From Nymphaea colorata (lineage: Eukaryota): a DNA stretch of 64,000 nucleotides. A model generated the notes under the pieces. That model saw nothing but the letters and a program-made list of their open reading frames with translations. It was not told the DNA's origin and did no database searches. This document shows positions 12,591 through 27,500 of the stretch, piece after piece; within the stretch, counting starts at the first letter, position 1; each line of letters opens with the position of its first letter. The translations under genes were made by a program, and so were the position numbers. The DNA is taken from the NCBI RefSeq assembly GCF_008831285.2, contig NC_045138.2, positions 20,708,001 to 20,772,000 on the forward strand, written 5' to 3'.

Positions 12591-13626
12591 GACAATGTGA
12601 GGTGGTCATCTTCCTGCCAAACTTATTTTGAAACTAGTAACGAAAGGCAAGTGGGACATTTTAGAAGGAGGCACATGCAATTTTAGGAAAATAAGAACAA
12701 CATTTCTAAAATGTCAAAAACTTTTATTCGGTGAGCAAGAGGATTATCCCAGCGCCTGGGGGAGAGCCGAAGCTTATTTCTTTCTCTTATCCCCGAGGTT
12801 CAGGACATCATCGGAACAAAGTTTAGAGGCAATTTTGAATGTGACTTGCTAGTTCTTCAAGAGTACTTGAATGTAATTTTTATGAATAATTTTTTAAGTT
12901 TGGCGATGTAAATTTGAAAATAAATTTTGAGAGCAAGCCAATAATGTCTCAGCTAATTTTTAGTAATTAGAATCACCTGTGACTACATTGAAGTTTGATT
13001 AATCACCATGTAGACCAATATTTTTTTTAATTATATATCAACCTTTTTTGTGAAGTTTTTCATATTTTTAAACTACAATTTATCAGTATTTTTATGGCCA
13101 AATTATTGGCATGAAGAGATGAAAAAACAAAACTGGACCTATTAATCGTCAAATTAGCCCAAATTATTTTTATACAACTAGTGAATGAAAAGCCATGCAA
13201 AGCGTCAAATCTACTGCATTCTTGTTAAATTAGACTCATATTTATTGGGGTGCATTTTGATCAGTTAATTGAGATTTCGATTAACTTATCGTTCTTCCCT
13301 GTATATAGAACAACCGCTTCACCTTGTGGTAATTAAGAATTAATGTTTATTTGGTTTAACTTAATCAAAGTCAACTGAATGAACTGCTGATCATTCTCTT
13401 AATACATTATTATAGAGCGAATCATATAAGAAAAACTTATTAAAATACGAAACATGTATTTTAATAAGTTAAGCACGTTTTATATACCAATATCATACTG
13501 AATTATGAAATTCAATAATGGCGAATAAGAAGAATCTACAGTAAAATGGGAGGGTTGAAATATTATGAAAAGCATAACTGATATATAATTTGTGTGAATC
13601 ATGCACGTATGGCATTTCGCACATTT

Positions 13627-13844
13627 GCGTAAAGTCCTACAAAGAAAACATTTCATGTCCGGGAAATTATGGATAACTTCTCCATTTGAATTTCCATTGG
13701 AAGACGAATTTCTAACTTGGCAGCGAAATTTTTACATGACATTTTTCAAATCTGCGTAAAGTCCTACAGCCATTAAGATTTCCACATATGCGTCACAAAG
13801 AAAAACATTTCTTCATGTCCAGGAAATCATGGATAACTTCTCCA
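13627..13844. repeat. Diverged local duplication
   Basis: TGCGTAAAGTCCTAC..CATGTCC.GGAAAT.ATGGATAACTTCTCCA at 13627 and 13753; the second copy has an insertion. Confidence 0.75.
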
Positions 13845-14255
13845 GGAATTTAGAAAAAAAGAAGAACTCTTTTTCTTTGTTCTTTCATCTTCAACCGTGT
13901 TTGAAGGGGAGACCCATGTTAATCAAGGATATTCTTCACCCGAAGCAAAAAGACGTTCACACCACATAAATCAAACATAACCTGTCAAAAACGCCTTTGA
14001 CAATTTCAGTCTGATCCCACAATAGGTTTAAAAGTTTCTAGATCAGATGACTCGTGACATCTTGTCACATCGGATTCTTGCATTTAATTTCGAACGGAAC
14101 CGTTATCTTCGGTCAACCTTGGAAAAATTTGCACATAAATACTGAGATAAATGGTGAGCGGGACGCAGAGATCCACAATAAATGTAGAAAATATTCATTT
14201 TAATGCCCACGGTTTCACCGGCCATCGGTTTTATATTTTTGAATTTTAATTTTTG

Positions 14256-14495
14256 ATTGAAAGATCAAACAGCATTTTCAAAACTTTTGTTTGGTCCAAG
14301 TTAAAATTTTTGAAAATTATATGGAGAAAGTTAAATGTAGGAGAGAAAAAAAAATCAATCCAACACCTACACTCATTGAAAGATCAAACAGCATTTTCAA
14401 AAATTTTATTTGGTCCAAATTAAAATTTTTGAAAATTATATGGAGAATATTAAGTGTAGGAGAAAAAAAAAGAAATAAATCCAACACCTACACTC
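14256..14495. repeat. Tandem duplication, ~119-bp unit x2
   Basis: ATTGAAAGATCAAACAGCATTTTCAAAA...AATCCAACACCTACACTC at 14256 and 14375. Confidence 0.9.
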
Positions 14496-15449
14496 AAGAT
14501 CTTTGAAAACATGGTTTGTGTTTGGGTGATACGCCAATAATAGTGTTTTCTATGAAACATTATTTGCATGCAAACACGCCTAAAACCGACATTTTAGAGG
14601 TTTTTCACGAACCCGTTGCATCCAAACATGACCGAAACGACATTGTGCTTTTAGAATGCATCTTCTTAAAGCACATAATAAAAAAAAAACACGTATTGTT
14701 TAATGAAAAATATTCTTATTACATTAGCATTTGTATCTTATTATTGGATTTAAGAACACCATCCATTGTTCTAACATGTTTTCCAGAATAAGATTAATGT
14801 TTTTCTAAAACATGTATTTTAAGAACACAATATTCTAGTTATCATATGCACTTTTGATGTTTCTATAAAAGGGCATTTCATGGTTTGGAATTTTAGTTCA
14901 AAATTAAAAATTTTAGAATCATAATTCCTCCTCAAACTGGAATGAAAGTAAAATTCTAGGTTTTAATTTCCTAATTTCGGAAACAAAATACCCAGTTTGC
15001 TTAATAATTTCAATTTCTTTAAAAATAAGCATTATGATTATAAAATTCTATGATTCGAATAAAGGTACCTAATCATCTCTAAAAGAAACAAAGAATGAGA
15101 ACAAATAACAGACCAAAAAAAAAAAAAACCTTAGTTAAGATTTAGCTATAAAGTTATTCCTTTTGCTCTTGCTGTGGATGTGAGCCATCTTTTATCCAAT
15201 CAAATCATTTTATGGAGTTCATTGCCATTAAATGATGGCAATACATTAACATTAACATGATTCATTGAGAATCCTTGTCATTTTGATCACCATCCTTTTA
15301 AAAATAATGTAAAGAAAATTTTAATTCTTTTAGCCTACCTTTTGTTTTTTCACATAAAATACTATTTCATCTATTCTTTTTCTAATAAATATCACATATT
15401 AAATAAAAACCAATTCAGGCCGACTTAAATCAAATCGGCCTTTGCCAAA

Positions 15450-15802
15450 TAAGGGTGAACATGAGCCGAGTCAAGCCCGAGTTCAGTCAGTTCGAGCTCG
15501 GCTTGACTAATGAAACCTTGAGCTCAAGAATAGCTCGACGGAAGTAGCTCGAGCTCGACTCGATTATGGTTCGACAAACTCGTTTGAATAAAATTGATAT
15601 TCATCATTACGTATTGAGCTCGAGCTTGAATCCATTAAAGCTTGACAAACTCGTAAACTTATTTAAATATATCGACTTGATTAAGGCTCGAGCACGATTC
15701 AACAATTACGTGTTGAGATCGAACTCAACTCGATTATTTAAACGAGTCGACTCATGAACTCGACCGTCAAGCTTGAGTAGCTCGACTTCTTGTTCACCCC
15801 TA
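15450..15802. mobile_element. hAT-type MITE
   Basis: TIRs TAAGGGTGAACA / TGTTCACCCCTA (1 mismatch), exact 8-bp TSD TTGCCAAA, interior rich in CTCGA/TCGAG motifs. Confidence 0.88.
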
Positions 15803-18800
15803 TTGCCAAATGGATGCAGTAGCCGATTAGTTGGACTCCTAAAATGGAGCGATTATATCAACGAATCGAGGTACTCGTGGGCAAATCTGACGATTCAATG
15901 TGAATCGCCCAAAAAATAGACCCACGCACGCGTGCCCTATTGCCCTTTATAACTGCCTTTTTACTTTTTCCTCCATTAATTCTTTGTCTGTTCTTCTCCT
16001 TCCTGTTGGCATGCTGCGTGACTGAATGCGGCATGCCTTCCATTAATTCCTATGTTTAATGCATGACGAAGTTCAATAATGATCCAGCATGGAAATTTAT
16101 TTATACTTTTTATGATACACATAAGATTGCAACTGAGTGTATGAGCCATGGAATTATCATCCCAACATGTTATTCACTTTGTCAAATATTTTATTTCGAT
16201 CTGTCCTTAATAACGACTATAGTCATATTTTATTTTTCGAAATGGTCAAGTTTTTTTTTTTTTTTTTGGGCTTTTTTCTGATGTTCGATTTCTGAATGAT
16301 TTCCAATTTTTTTCTGATTTTTAAAGTTAAAGTACGCTTTTTTAACCATTATGATTCTCAAACGGTTCGGATTCGATTTACAGATTCGCTAAATCTTTTA
16401 ACTTTCTGATTCGATTCAAAAACCGATTTTGATAAATCAAACTATGCACTATATTTTAGAAAAATGAGCTGAAACTTGTTTGGCCTGGGTACGTTGTATT
16501 TAAATGAATCAAGGACAGATAAGAACTAGCCAATCAAATCAATTAAGAAAGGGCAGTTTGTGAGATTGGGCTTGACCTTATATTAATTTTACCCATTCAA
16601 AGGTGGGTATGGAACCCACTCTGACTTGACTTGGGCACTCGTACGTACCAAGTTGCAGCTTTACTTACAATTTAAGTTGGTGTCTCCAACTTCTGGATTC
16701 GGGTAGGATCAAATTGAATTCAAATAAAAATATATATAGTGCATTTAAAAAAATTATTTTTTTCAATGTATTTTTTTTCATTGACCAGAGTGGGGCCATG
16801 GCCTAGGCGGACCCTCTCCTCCCTCCGCCCCTGATGTCTCTTGAGAACCCAATATTTATGTATCAATATAAGTATTTATCATACCACTTGGTAAGAGATA
16901 CTTGGTCCGAATGCTCGGTGATTTTGAAAAGTCAGAGTCACTATTTAATTCATATATAACGATTGGTAGATAGACACGGGACCACTTGGGTAAGAGATAA
17001 AACTAGACCTCTTAAGTTCAGGTTAAAATACAAACCTTCTAATGCGTTTATAAACACTAATTTAATATAGATCATGCTTTATTTCAAGTCATTTTTATAA
17101 AAAAAGTTTTCAGGTTTTTGCTATCAAAGTTTTGTTTTGATGATATAAGAGCTACTTATTTGTATTACTAAAAAAACATTATTTAAGAAAGAAAACAACT
17201 AACTTAATGTACGTATGTCTCGTCAAATCGCTCTTAAGGACATATCTATAAGGTTAGATTGCAAAAGAGTTATTTTAACAATTAAGTTTAATTTAATAGC
17301 TCTAAGTTTTGTCTCTTACTCAAGTTGTCTAGTTTTTACCAACTATCCTCTCTATCTCTCACTTCATGAGAGAGAGTCCTGTCAAAACTCACATTAAAAG
17401 GTCTACACTCTAGAATTAAAAAAATTACGTTAGACGTAAACAGTTGAACATGCAGCTGATAATAGGAAGCTAGTCTTTAGTTGGATTCCCACATGTCTTA
17501 GTGTTAACTTGTTACCTAAGTCAAAGTAACCTAAATTTTGGGCAATGGTACCAGTCTTGGGGTTTTCCATCCAAAAGTTAACAACAAAGTTTCTCAACCT
17601 CATGTAAGTTTCAAGAGGATTTGAAATCCACAGTTTTATCAATCTGTAGATTTCAGCGTTCACCCGTAACATGGATCTCAAATCAATGAATCTAAGATTG
17701 GAAGGAGGGAACCGGAATTCAAAACCGTAGATCTCATCATAGATCTAAGATGGGCATAATGGCAGTGACATAGCTAGTTGCCTACACCAGTCTCTTAAAA
17801 GTTTTTTATTTTTAAATAATAATCTTAAATATTTATCCTTATATATATACAAAGTTTGAGTATTTTTAAACAAGTACCATTTTTCTAGGTTGGCCACTAA
17901 TATATTGTTTGAGTAAAAAAAAAAACTACCAACACACTCCAAAATCCAATTTGGCCATCTAGACGTGACTTTTTTCAAAGTTATTGAAAAGCGAGAGATG
18001 CCATTTGACCGGTCGAAGGTTGAGGTCCTGTGTAATTTTATGGTCAACTAAAGCAAAGATAATACAAAATATTAGGTTCATCATATTAAAAAAGAATAAA
18101 AATTTCAAATGCACGCGTTTATATAGTAGTATTAATGTTTTCCAACCTTTAATAGTTAATTAGTTTTTTATTAAAATACATTCGATTTGGACATGGCATC
18201 ACAAAAGCTCATTCGAGGGTGTTTTTAGAAAATTTTCAATAGTCAATAATAACAAGGTTGGTGAGCCTCTTCTCATCAAACTCATTGTCAAATGAGTGAT
18301 AATTTGAGGTTCAATAAATGCTGTCAACTTTTTGAATAATTTAAACACAATTTTTTATATACTTTGAAGCAAGCATATAATCAAAGTTCAGGCATTAATC
18401 TCGCGACGCTGAGTTTTTCAACATTTTTAATATAATTTAAAACGTGCCTGATTAATGCAAGCGTGGTAAGGGATTATCCTGGCAAATTTAAAAGTTAAAA
18501 CAGTATTATTACCAAAATTTTAGGTGTGTTTTAGCAAAATCCAGAAAGTATTTACGCCGCCTGATTCACTTGCGCGCACAAAAGGGCAAAGTGGTCATTA
18601 TGTGGACACGGATGTCATATCGGGTCAGAGAAGGGGCATAAACGACTATCTGTTTGATGTGGCAAACCGGTGAGTTTTTTTAAATACAAGGGTATTTTGG
18701 TATTTAAGCGATGTCCGACGAACCTAGCAGACCAACTTCCTGACCTAACTACCTGACACATTCATCAAGTGTCGGACCCACTTGGGGTTTTTTAAAACAA

Positions 18801-19699
18801 CAATAGAGGCCCATCGGTATTATCATAATTCTAAAAAGGGCCTTCGTTTGTCCTTTTTCCTGATTTGACGTGGTGGGATATTTCTTAATGACTCAGATTT
18901 GGACTTGAACTGGTATTTCTTAGTGACTCGGATTTGGGCTTCAACTTTATAATCGAATCGGATCCTGCGGGCGTAAGATCACACATCGAGTTGAATCACT
19001 ATCCGATCTCGGATTTAGTTTCAAATTTCATGCATTGAGTCCGAATGCTTTTAACGTCCATAGCCACTTTTATCAAATAATTGTGATGAGGTTTTCTATT
19101 TGCAGCTTGTTATCATGTTTCACAAAACACCTGTAATGGATTTTTTGCTAAATGATTATTAACAATCACACCACCATTTAGAAAACAATAAGAAATAATT
19201 TATTTTATCCCAATATGTGTACATGTAATACATTACTTCCTGTGGTATAGTTAGTGGGCAGTCAGTATCTGTTTCAAACTCTCGTGACATCAACTATTGC
19301 TTTGCAAAAGTGAAGTGTCACTCAAAACCTCAAAAAGAGCTCTAAACCTGGGAGACTTTAACCTTCACTTGGAGATTAGCATTCTTCACACCTAAAATGT
19401 CACTTTTCATTCTATTGTTTTCTATTACTTGTTACAAATTCAAGATAATACTCATAAAAATTAATCTAAAATATATTCTTTATCTCAATCTCGTTTGGTA
19501 TTTTAGTGTTTTACTTGAGTTAATTTTCAACTTCTCTTATATTATTGAAATTTGTTAAATGTGCATGTAGTGTAGGATGAGCCCATAGAGGAAGGAGGGG
19601 AAGGAAAATAACTGTGGCTCTTTCATGGGTCTATGCAGAAGGTATGTTCCTTCACTTTCAACTCTTGTGCAGGCCGGGCAAAGAAGCCACTGGGAGGAG

Positions 19700-19871
19700 G
19701 CGGGGGTCTTAGCGCCTCAAGATTTTATATTTTATGCGTGTGCGAGAGGTTAATAGCCCACTGCCCAAAAAGGGTATTATATCAACTCTTGCGGGGATAA
19801 TAGTGCCGCAAGATTTTATATTTTTTGGGTGGGCGAGAGGTTAATAGCCCACTGCACATAAAGGGGATTAT
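19700..19871. repeat. Diverged tandem duplication, ~90-bp period
   Basis: CAAGATTTTATATTTTT..GCGAGAGGTTAATAGCCCACTGC occurs twice. Confidence 0.8.
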
Positions 19872-20049
19872 GATCCACTATAAGCAAGGTCTTCCAATGG
19901 AATACAGTTTCTATTTTAGCCTCTATTAAGGGTACTGAAATTGTCCTAACTGATGAAGGGTTCATCCTAATTTGAAGTCAAATTCCAAAAGAAATTGATT
20001 GCCACTTTGCTCTTGAAAGATTGGCCAAGCAGGAGAACAGAGGAAAATC

Positions 20050-20520
20050 ATAAGATCAGATGGTCAGTTCACTGTCGTTACGAAATTGCTACCAAGTAAA
20101 TTTACGTCGTTCAGCAAAAAGGTCAACCTTACACAGTTTGTCTGTGTTCTTATTTTAAGAAGTTTATACAAGATCACAAGGTTCCTTTAGGCTGAAGAAG
20201 ATCGCGCAAGCATAAACATTATGTTCGTTTAAAAGTTTGAACGAACTAAAAGGTTTAAAGATTTTCAACCCAGTTGCTCTTTGTAATAGCATGTTTAAAA
20301 TCATTTAGAAAGTAGTGGTCTTCCGAATGCAGGGAATTCTGATCAGAAGTATAGATAGGATTCTCAAAGATAGTTATCTATGATCATATATTTTGCTAGC
20401 CGGTGACTTAGTGGCTTGGTTAAAAAAGGGGAGATAGTTTGTTGAAGTCGGATGTTTCTAAGGATCGCAACAGTGTCTCATGGTTCTTCCTGACTAACAC
20501 CATGTTATGGTTAGCTCCAT
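20050..20520 (+). mobile_element. LINE (L1-like) reverse transcriptase relic
   Basis: From 20264 FNPVALCNSMFKII*KVVVFRMQGIL (cf. L1 FRPIALCNxxYKIISK) and from ~20439 LLKSDVSKDRNSVSWFFL (cf. LKLDISKAFDSVSWxFL); stops and frameshifts present. Confidence 0.7.
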
Positions 20521-20945
20521 AATACTCGTAGATATGTGTTTGAGGTTTAGAAGGGCTGCAGCTCGATGCACTGGGGAAATCCGAGATTTCTCGCTTTTTA
20601 CTCAGGTTCCAAAGCAGCCTTAAAACTCGAGGATAGAAAAAAAAAGAGAAGAGGCTTCCACCTCTTCACTATATAACCACCAACCCCCTTCCATAAGAGC
20701 AAGGAAAAAATGGCAGGTTTAAAGGTGAACGGTGAGAAGTCCGCTCTGTCTCTGTCTCAGTCAGTCAGATCTTTGAAGTTTTGAACTCACAGATCAATGA
20801 ATCAAACACCGAAGCAAATCAAAGATCCTATATGGTGGGAGATGGAAGATGATGAGAGTTAGCCTCCCCAACTTCTATTAAATGAGAAATGAAAGAAGGC
20901 TATACAAAGCACACAAACTGAAGAGAAAGAAGTACTCCTCATAAG

Positions 20946-21207
20946 TGTTAAGGAAAGAGTTTGAATTAGGAAAGAGCTTGAATTACTAAATCATTTCTGC
21001 AAGAAATAAAATCGTATCAATCACTGTTATGAAGGGATCTGATTCTACTATTTTATTTATTGCCTTATTTGTTGTAACGTTATCTCTCTTGTACTCTATA
21101 AATACCTTGTATTATCAATGGCAAAATACACAAGTGATTCAATTTCTGAATCTTTCTTCCTTCTCTCGTTCCTTTGTGCTCTCTCTCAATCCTCACGAGT
21201 TCTCACA
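20946..21207 (+). mobile_element. Solo LTR (262 bp)
   Basis: TGTT...CACA termini, exact 5-bp TSD ATAAG (20941-20945, 21208-21212), internal TATA box CTATAAATA and a CT-rich 3' part. Confidence 0.75.
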
Positions 21208-22714
21208 ATAAGTAGTCATTGGGTTCTAATTCAAATAGTTCAAGAACCAGTTCGACCCAAATGAGGAACTAACTTGGATCTGAACCAAATTAGACATGAT
21301 CACATTTAATCGAGCCAAGGCCATTTTATATAGGTTTCATAAAATGAAAAAACTAGCGTTGGGTAAGCCTTTGGTTTGGACTCACTTTGGATATCATAAG
21401 TTCTAAATAAAATGCAGACCCATCTAGCGGTCGGATCTTGCCAATCTTGAAACGAAATCAAATCTGAGTGACAAATTCTTCTAGTTCCTATTGGTCTCCA
21501 CTGCGGATATTGGGTAGTCAGTCTTCCAATATTGGTTAACAAGGTAAACACATTTGTTGAACATGAGATATTTGGTCGCGAAAAGTGTTTTTTTACAGAA
21601 AATTAAATCACTGTTGAACCAACCCTCTTTCTCCAAAAGATCGTTGCCAATTTTCAAATTCGGACTCAGTTTATCCATCTAATCGTAGTAACTATAGTTG
21701 GATGAACAAAAGCACCAATATGAGTTATATCCTATATGAATATGAGAAGATAAAAGATAAACTATGTGGCTATCTTTATTTAGCTTGGATCTAAGCTTCA
21801 AGGTATGTTGAGATCACTAAGGATCTCATATCCAAGAATATGAGGTCTAGCCCCTCATCCCATCAGACCCCAGATCTGAAGTTTTTGCTACTTTGCGTGG
21901 ACCTGAAATCCACTAAGCTAAACTCTGCTCTGTTAAAACAGTGAGTCCTGCAAAGAACGGATTTTATTTCAACCCCGGAATCTGAGATCTGATGCTATCA
22001 AACATGGTGTCTCTCCTAGTGTGAATTTTATATCAGCCTTTGATATCCAGTGCTATCAAACTCCATTTAAATGATTTTATTTGGTTCTAACATGTGAAGG
22101 CAAAACCAAAAAAGTAACAAACATTGCCTGCCTCTTCAACCTTTTTCTCTCTTCTATTAGTTGGAAGTGTATTCTCCAGCCAGCCGATACAATTTGTTCA
22201 AATTTTCCTGAACCTATTTTTAGATTGCAGTGATATTATTCACAAAGTAAAACATATTAGGGTCCTAATTATTGGTCTTTCTATTTTAGTGACAGAAACA
22301 GAATATTTTATAGAAAGGAAAAAGCTCATGGAAGGATTACTTTAATAAAGAAACCAAGGTAATTGAACGCAAATAATAATCTCTAAGGGAGTTGACCCAA
22401 CAGACAGGGTGGAGGCTGATCAAGGATTTCAAAAAGGGAAACATTGTTGTGACATTGGCAGGGGCGGGATCCAGGCAGGCTTTGTATTATAAGAGGAAGA
22501 AGGGTTTGGGTAGAAATTTCGGCCTTCAGCCAGGAAGCAGTAGGTCTCGCCTGTTCACCCGAAAATTAAAGGCAACTGAGCACCCCTGAAAATTAAAGGC
22601 AATTAAGCACCAATATATCGCTCAAGCAAATCAAACCATATTTGTTGAGAGGTTCTTCAGCAGCTTTGGTTTAGTTATAGAAATTCATCCACATAACTTT
22701 CCGTTGTCCATAAA

Positions 22715-22914
22715 CAGGGATAGAGTCAGAAATTTTTCATGAGGGGGCTAAGTTAAAGTTTCTAAATTTTGACTAGAGCTAAAATATCATTTTTCAAAAT
22801 TTTTATATAAAACAAGTAAAATTTTCTAAAATTTAGATGTAATTTTTTTTTTAAAGTTTCTTTTTTTGAGATTGGGGCAGGGCTCAAGCGGGCCCTACCT
22901 TAGTTCAGCCCCTG
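22715..22914. mobile_element. Degenerate hAT-like MITE (CAGGG...CCCTG ends)
   Basis: Imperfect TIRs CAGGGATAGAGT / AGTTCAGCCCCTG; similar termini near 16832 and 27023; no TSD. Confidence 0.45.
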
Positions 22915-23334
22915 TGATGAGAAGTCTATCTTGTTTTTCCTGTAAGTGTTTCAATATCCGTTACGTATCGTCCATACCGTGGGAAACCAAAACAATTTCG
23001 GCTTGACACAAACCCTAAAATATTAACATTTTGTGTTATTTTAAGATATTTAATAATTAAATTTTTAACATGAGAAAAACAAAAAATAACCGGATACAGG
23101 CTGGGCCAGCAACCGGAAGCAGTATCATCAAAGCCGATCAGAGTGCTGACAATCCTGGTTTCCACCTTAGATGCAGTTGGCAAATGCAACTGCATCATCA
23201 AAACCGTAACTCATGAACCTTACGATGTTCAGGTATGGCTTGAATTCTCATGCATGTTTTGGGGAATGCAGTTTATCACTGTCTGAGAAAACCAAAAAAA
23301 CAAGCTCTGCTTTCTAAAGTTGCTTGGGTTTGAT

Positions 23335-23455
<121 letters not shown>

Positions 23456-24496
23456 TACATATTTTTATTGAAATAAAAGTATGTGTAACATAGGCAAGAA
23501 TGAAAAAAACTTGGACGGGGGAAAAGCAAAGCACTAACAAAGGGAAGAAGGTGAGGAACAAGATGATGTTGAAGGATTGTGATTTCACTCACTGGGACAA
23601 AGTGGTTGCCGTTTGCAGTTCAAACTTCTCGCGGGTCTAGTCCATCTCCATCAACTCCTTGGCACAGCAGGACCTCTCACCACCAACATCTCGACGCACC
23701 ATGAATCCTCTGAACAAGAGAGCCTTTTCCAGTGTGGGATCTGATGCCTCTGGCCGCACGCCTCAGTCACAATTCTCTGCAATCTTCACTCTCTGCAGCA
23801 GCCATGTTATGTACAAATTTGCAGAGTGCCCTGATAAAGGACCTCTGGCCATGCAAACCATAGAAGTAGTAGAATCCAAATGGGCTGAATACATCAGGAA
23901 ATGTAGGGAGCCTGAACAAGGGAAGGCTCTGTCTTTAGTCCCACAGCTCCTAGCAGAGAAAGCACAGGCCGTTCGTGCACCTGTAGTACCTAACAGAGTT
24001 GACAGGCTTTCTGCAAAGACAGCAGCACACTGCAAGGAATGGGCAACAAACACCAAGTTGACACCAGCAGAAGGATGTGGTCGGAGATGAAAGATGAGTG
24101 GGACGAGTAAGCGTGGGAAATGAGGACAGTTGTGTGCCTTCCTTATGGGTTTGCCTCAGAGGGGCGTTAGTTGGTTGTCTTGATGCCCTGCCAGCATTTA
24201 ATGTTGGGGCCGCCTCTGGCTTTCCCATCTGAGCCAACGGGATATGGAAGGTGGCTTGAGATAGTTCGTTATGAGATGGATGGAGCTAGGAAAGGCGGCG
24301 CATGGCCACCATCCATCAGCGCCTTCCACCCTCAACTTGAACAGCTCACTGCTGTCCCACACACTCAAAAGATCGGCTAACTCTCCGGCGGCATCCGCAT
24401 GTTCTTCTTATCCGATAGCGTTGGCACTATGCTCTACCGGTTCTGTAATGAGGTCCCTCAGATTTCATTTCCACTTCAATATCAAACTACCCCTCC

Positions 24497-24498
<2 letters not shown>

Positions 24499-24587
<89 letters not shown>
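24499..24587. repeat. (CT)n(AT)n compound microsatellite
   Basis: Direct reading. Confidence 0.97.
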
Positions 24588-24591
<4 letters not shown>

Positions 24592-27500
24592 TAGGCAATG
24601 AAACAGTACTTGATCAAAAAAATATGTACCAGGTTGGTTTGATTAACTTATCAGTTCCAGTTGACTAGACTAAACTTGATTCAGCTTAGTAAGTTTTTTT
24701 TTAATATTATTTTTATTAATATATATATATACATATAATGTTATATATATTTTATTATAATTAATTATATTTATATATGATTTTATATTAAAAATATATT
24801 TTTATTTTAATCAAACTCAAGCTCAGGTTTGGTTTTAAATGTCAAGCCAAACTTGGCCACAATCACGAGCTATGAACCAGCAACGAGCTATGAACCAGCT
24901 CGATGCCTAGGCCTATCATGCATGTTAAAAATTTTGCCAACAAAATAAAAAACTAAGTGTGAACCTCATGAGGTTGAGGCTTAGTATCACTATTACGAAA
25001 CATAAACATATGTCAAATCCTTTTTAGAATGAAGCAATAATATAAGGGTATAGCGATACCAACAGGTCACAGCTTGAAATAATACCAAATAGTTAGTCCA
25101 GTCACCAGTGGCCATGTCAATTAAATGAAGTTCCTCTTGCATCCTTAGTTTGGGGTTGATCCACTGTAAAAGTACACCAATAAGTATTAAATTTTGAAAG
25201 CCCTTTGAGAGGTTGACACAACAATGAAGTAGGGGTTGGTTGGTGGCGTTTTGAATTCTTGCTGTAAAATGGGGTCATTAACGTGTAAGTTGAAGCATTG
25301 TAAATGCGGTACTCGAAAACAAAGAAAACAAGCTCAATCGATACCCTAAAGAGATGATAGATTGGATGAAAGTTTCAGCTCTCTTCTAAACAATACGACG
25401 AAATACTCCATCTGCTCACTTAAAAATATCAAATTTTGAATGTTTGCTTTGAATTGAAGGAAAAATGCATGAGCCAGTTTTAATTCTGTATTCCACATTT
25501 GACGATCGTTCGTATGGTCGTATAAGCATTTGAACACGAGTCCTTATAAAAGGTCATTAACGTGTCCGTGCTTGAGCATATTCCAACATCATCTGGTGGT
25601 GGTAGTAATGGACAAATGACGTCACGAGTTGAATTTACTACAAAAACATGGTTCATGAGCCATCTGTTGAACAAAGTCAAGGTGTTCACCCTAGAATTAA
25701 CTCTTTGACATAAAAACGCAGTGTAAATAGAAAGAATGAAGGGTTGACACTACTTGGTTTTAGCAGGGCAAAAGGCCATCGACAGGGTCAGTCGATCACT
25801 CCACTAATTTCTGCTATTTTTCGGCCTCGGCCTGCACGAAGGGTTGATGCCACGAAAGTCAAACCAAGAATTGACCTTCTACCTGGTCCGATCAACTATT
25901 CTTAACTAGGCCACTACAACCAATCTTTGCTAAGACGTGGACCCTGGGTATGGAGTTCGTGACATTCTCCAATTTGTTGATTCCAAGTCCATCAATCCAC
26001 CGAGTCAGGTCGGCAGTGGCCGAAATTAATGTTGGATCGACTTTGGCGGGTGGGTCCCCCTACTGCTTTTTGGATGAAGGGGGCGTACGTATAACGCGGG
26101 TTCATGGCGACCTTTTCAAAGGATTGGCCCATTAGCTGATCTGGCTCCTACCAAGATTCTTCCTCAGCCAAAAAGATAAAGTTTCTTATGGGTGCATTAG
26201 TTTATTCCAACCTAATTCCATCTATTATGATTGATATGATCTTAAGAGTGAGTTGAGAAGCATATATTAAGTTAGCCATCTTTTTACTTAAATAATGCTT
26301 TTAAATAATACAAAAATGAACAGCGGCTCTTATAACATCAAAACTTTGATAATAGAAAGATCAATTCCTTTTACAAAAATAACTTGAACTAAAACATGGT
26401 TTATATTAAATTAGTGATTATAAACACATTAGAAGGTTCACATTTTGTTTTAAATATTTTTTAGCACAGATTTAAGTGGTCTGGGTTCATCCCTCACCCA
26501 ATTTATCGGGTATATACCAACCACAAATATATGTATATATCGCCTTTCTTGGATTTTGATCTTTTTGCAATTGAAAGAGGTTGACAGTCCAATATCAAAA
26601 TCTGTTCAGATCGCACAACAAAATACATTAGAAGTCGATTGAGATCAGATCCTACACGTACGTTAGAACTTGACAAAATCCACAATCCAGATCCCAACAA
26701 TTCGCAGCCCTAACTTTAATAATGTTCTGGACCAGGCCAGCCAGATAATATGTTGGGCCCACTCTCGGCTCTATTAGTTTTTTTTTTTAAAAATAATAAT
26801 AATGTATATATATATTTTTATTATTAAAAATATTTTTATATTTAAAAATTTTATTATATATTTAAAAATATTTTCTTTACTTTAATCGAGTCAAACCTAA
26901 GCTTTAAATATGAGGTCCGAACTCAAGCTCGAGTTTCCAACGTCCAACCGACCCCGGCCGGACTCTTATCGGCCGGCCGACCTGATGCTATGGTTATATG
27001 GAAAGTGCAAAAGCAAAAAACCACAGGGACGAAGTCCGAATTTTTTTTAGCAACGGTGAATAATATTTTTAAAATTTGAACACTTGCCGAGTTTTATTCT
27101 GAAGAAATTTTACATAAGTCAAATTAAAATTTCAAAAATATAAAGTATTTTTTTTTTCGACCGAGTAAAAGTTCCCTCGATCTTGTGCCCATGAAATGAG
27201 GAAGATTTTGTATACACAAGTTGTGCCATGTGGTCTGTTCTAGTCCTAGGGCGGAATCTATCTCCTAAACTTTATTGTACCATCCCATCTTTTAGATTAT
27301 ATTAGGCTTTCTTCTTTCCGATCAATCCTTCTCCTTTTGAAAAATTGATATGCTCTCTCCTACCTTGTAGAAATTGAAAAATTCACAACTACTCTCTATT
27401 CAACACTTTCAAATTGATGTTTTTTTTTTTTAAAGGTTTGGTTATATAAGCTGCTCCTTTCTAAAGAAACCTAAAGAGAAAGAAGAGATAACTTAAATAA

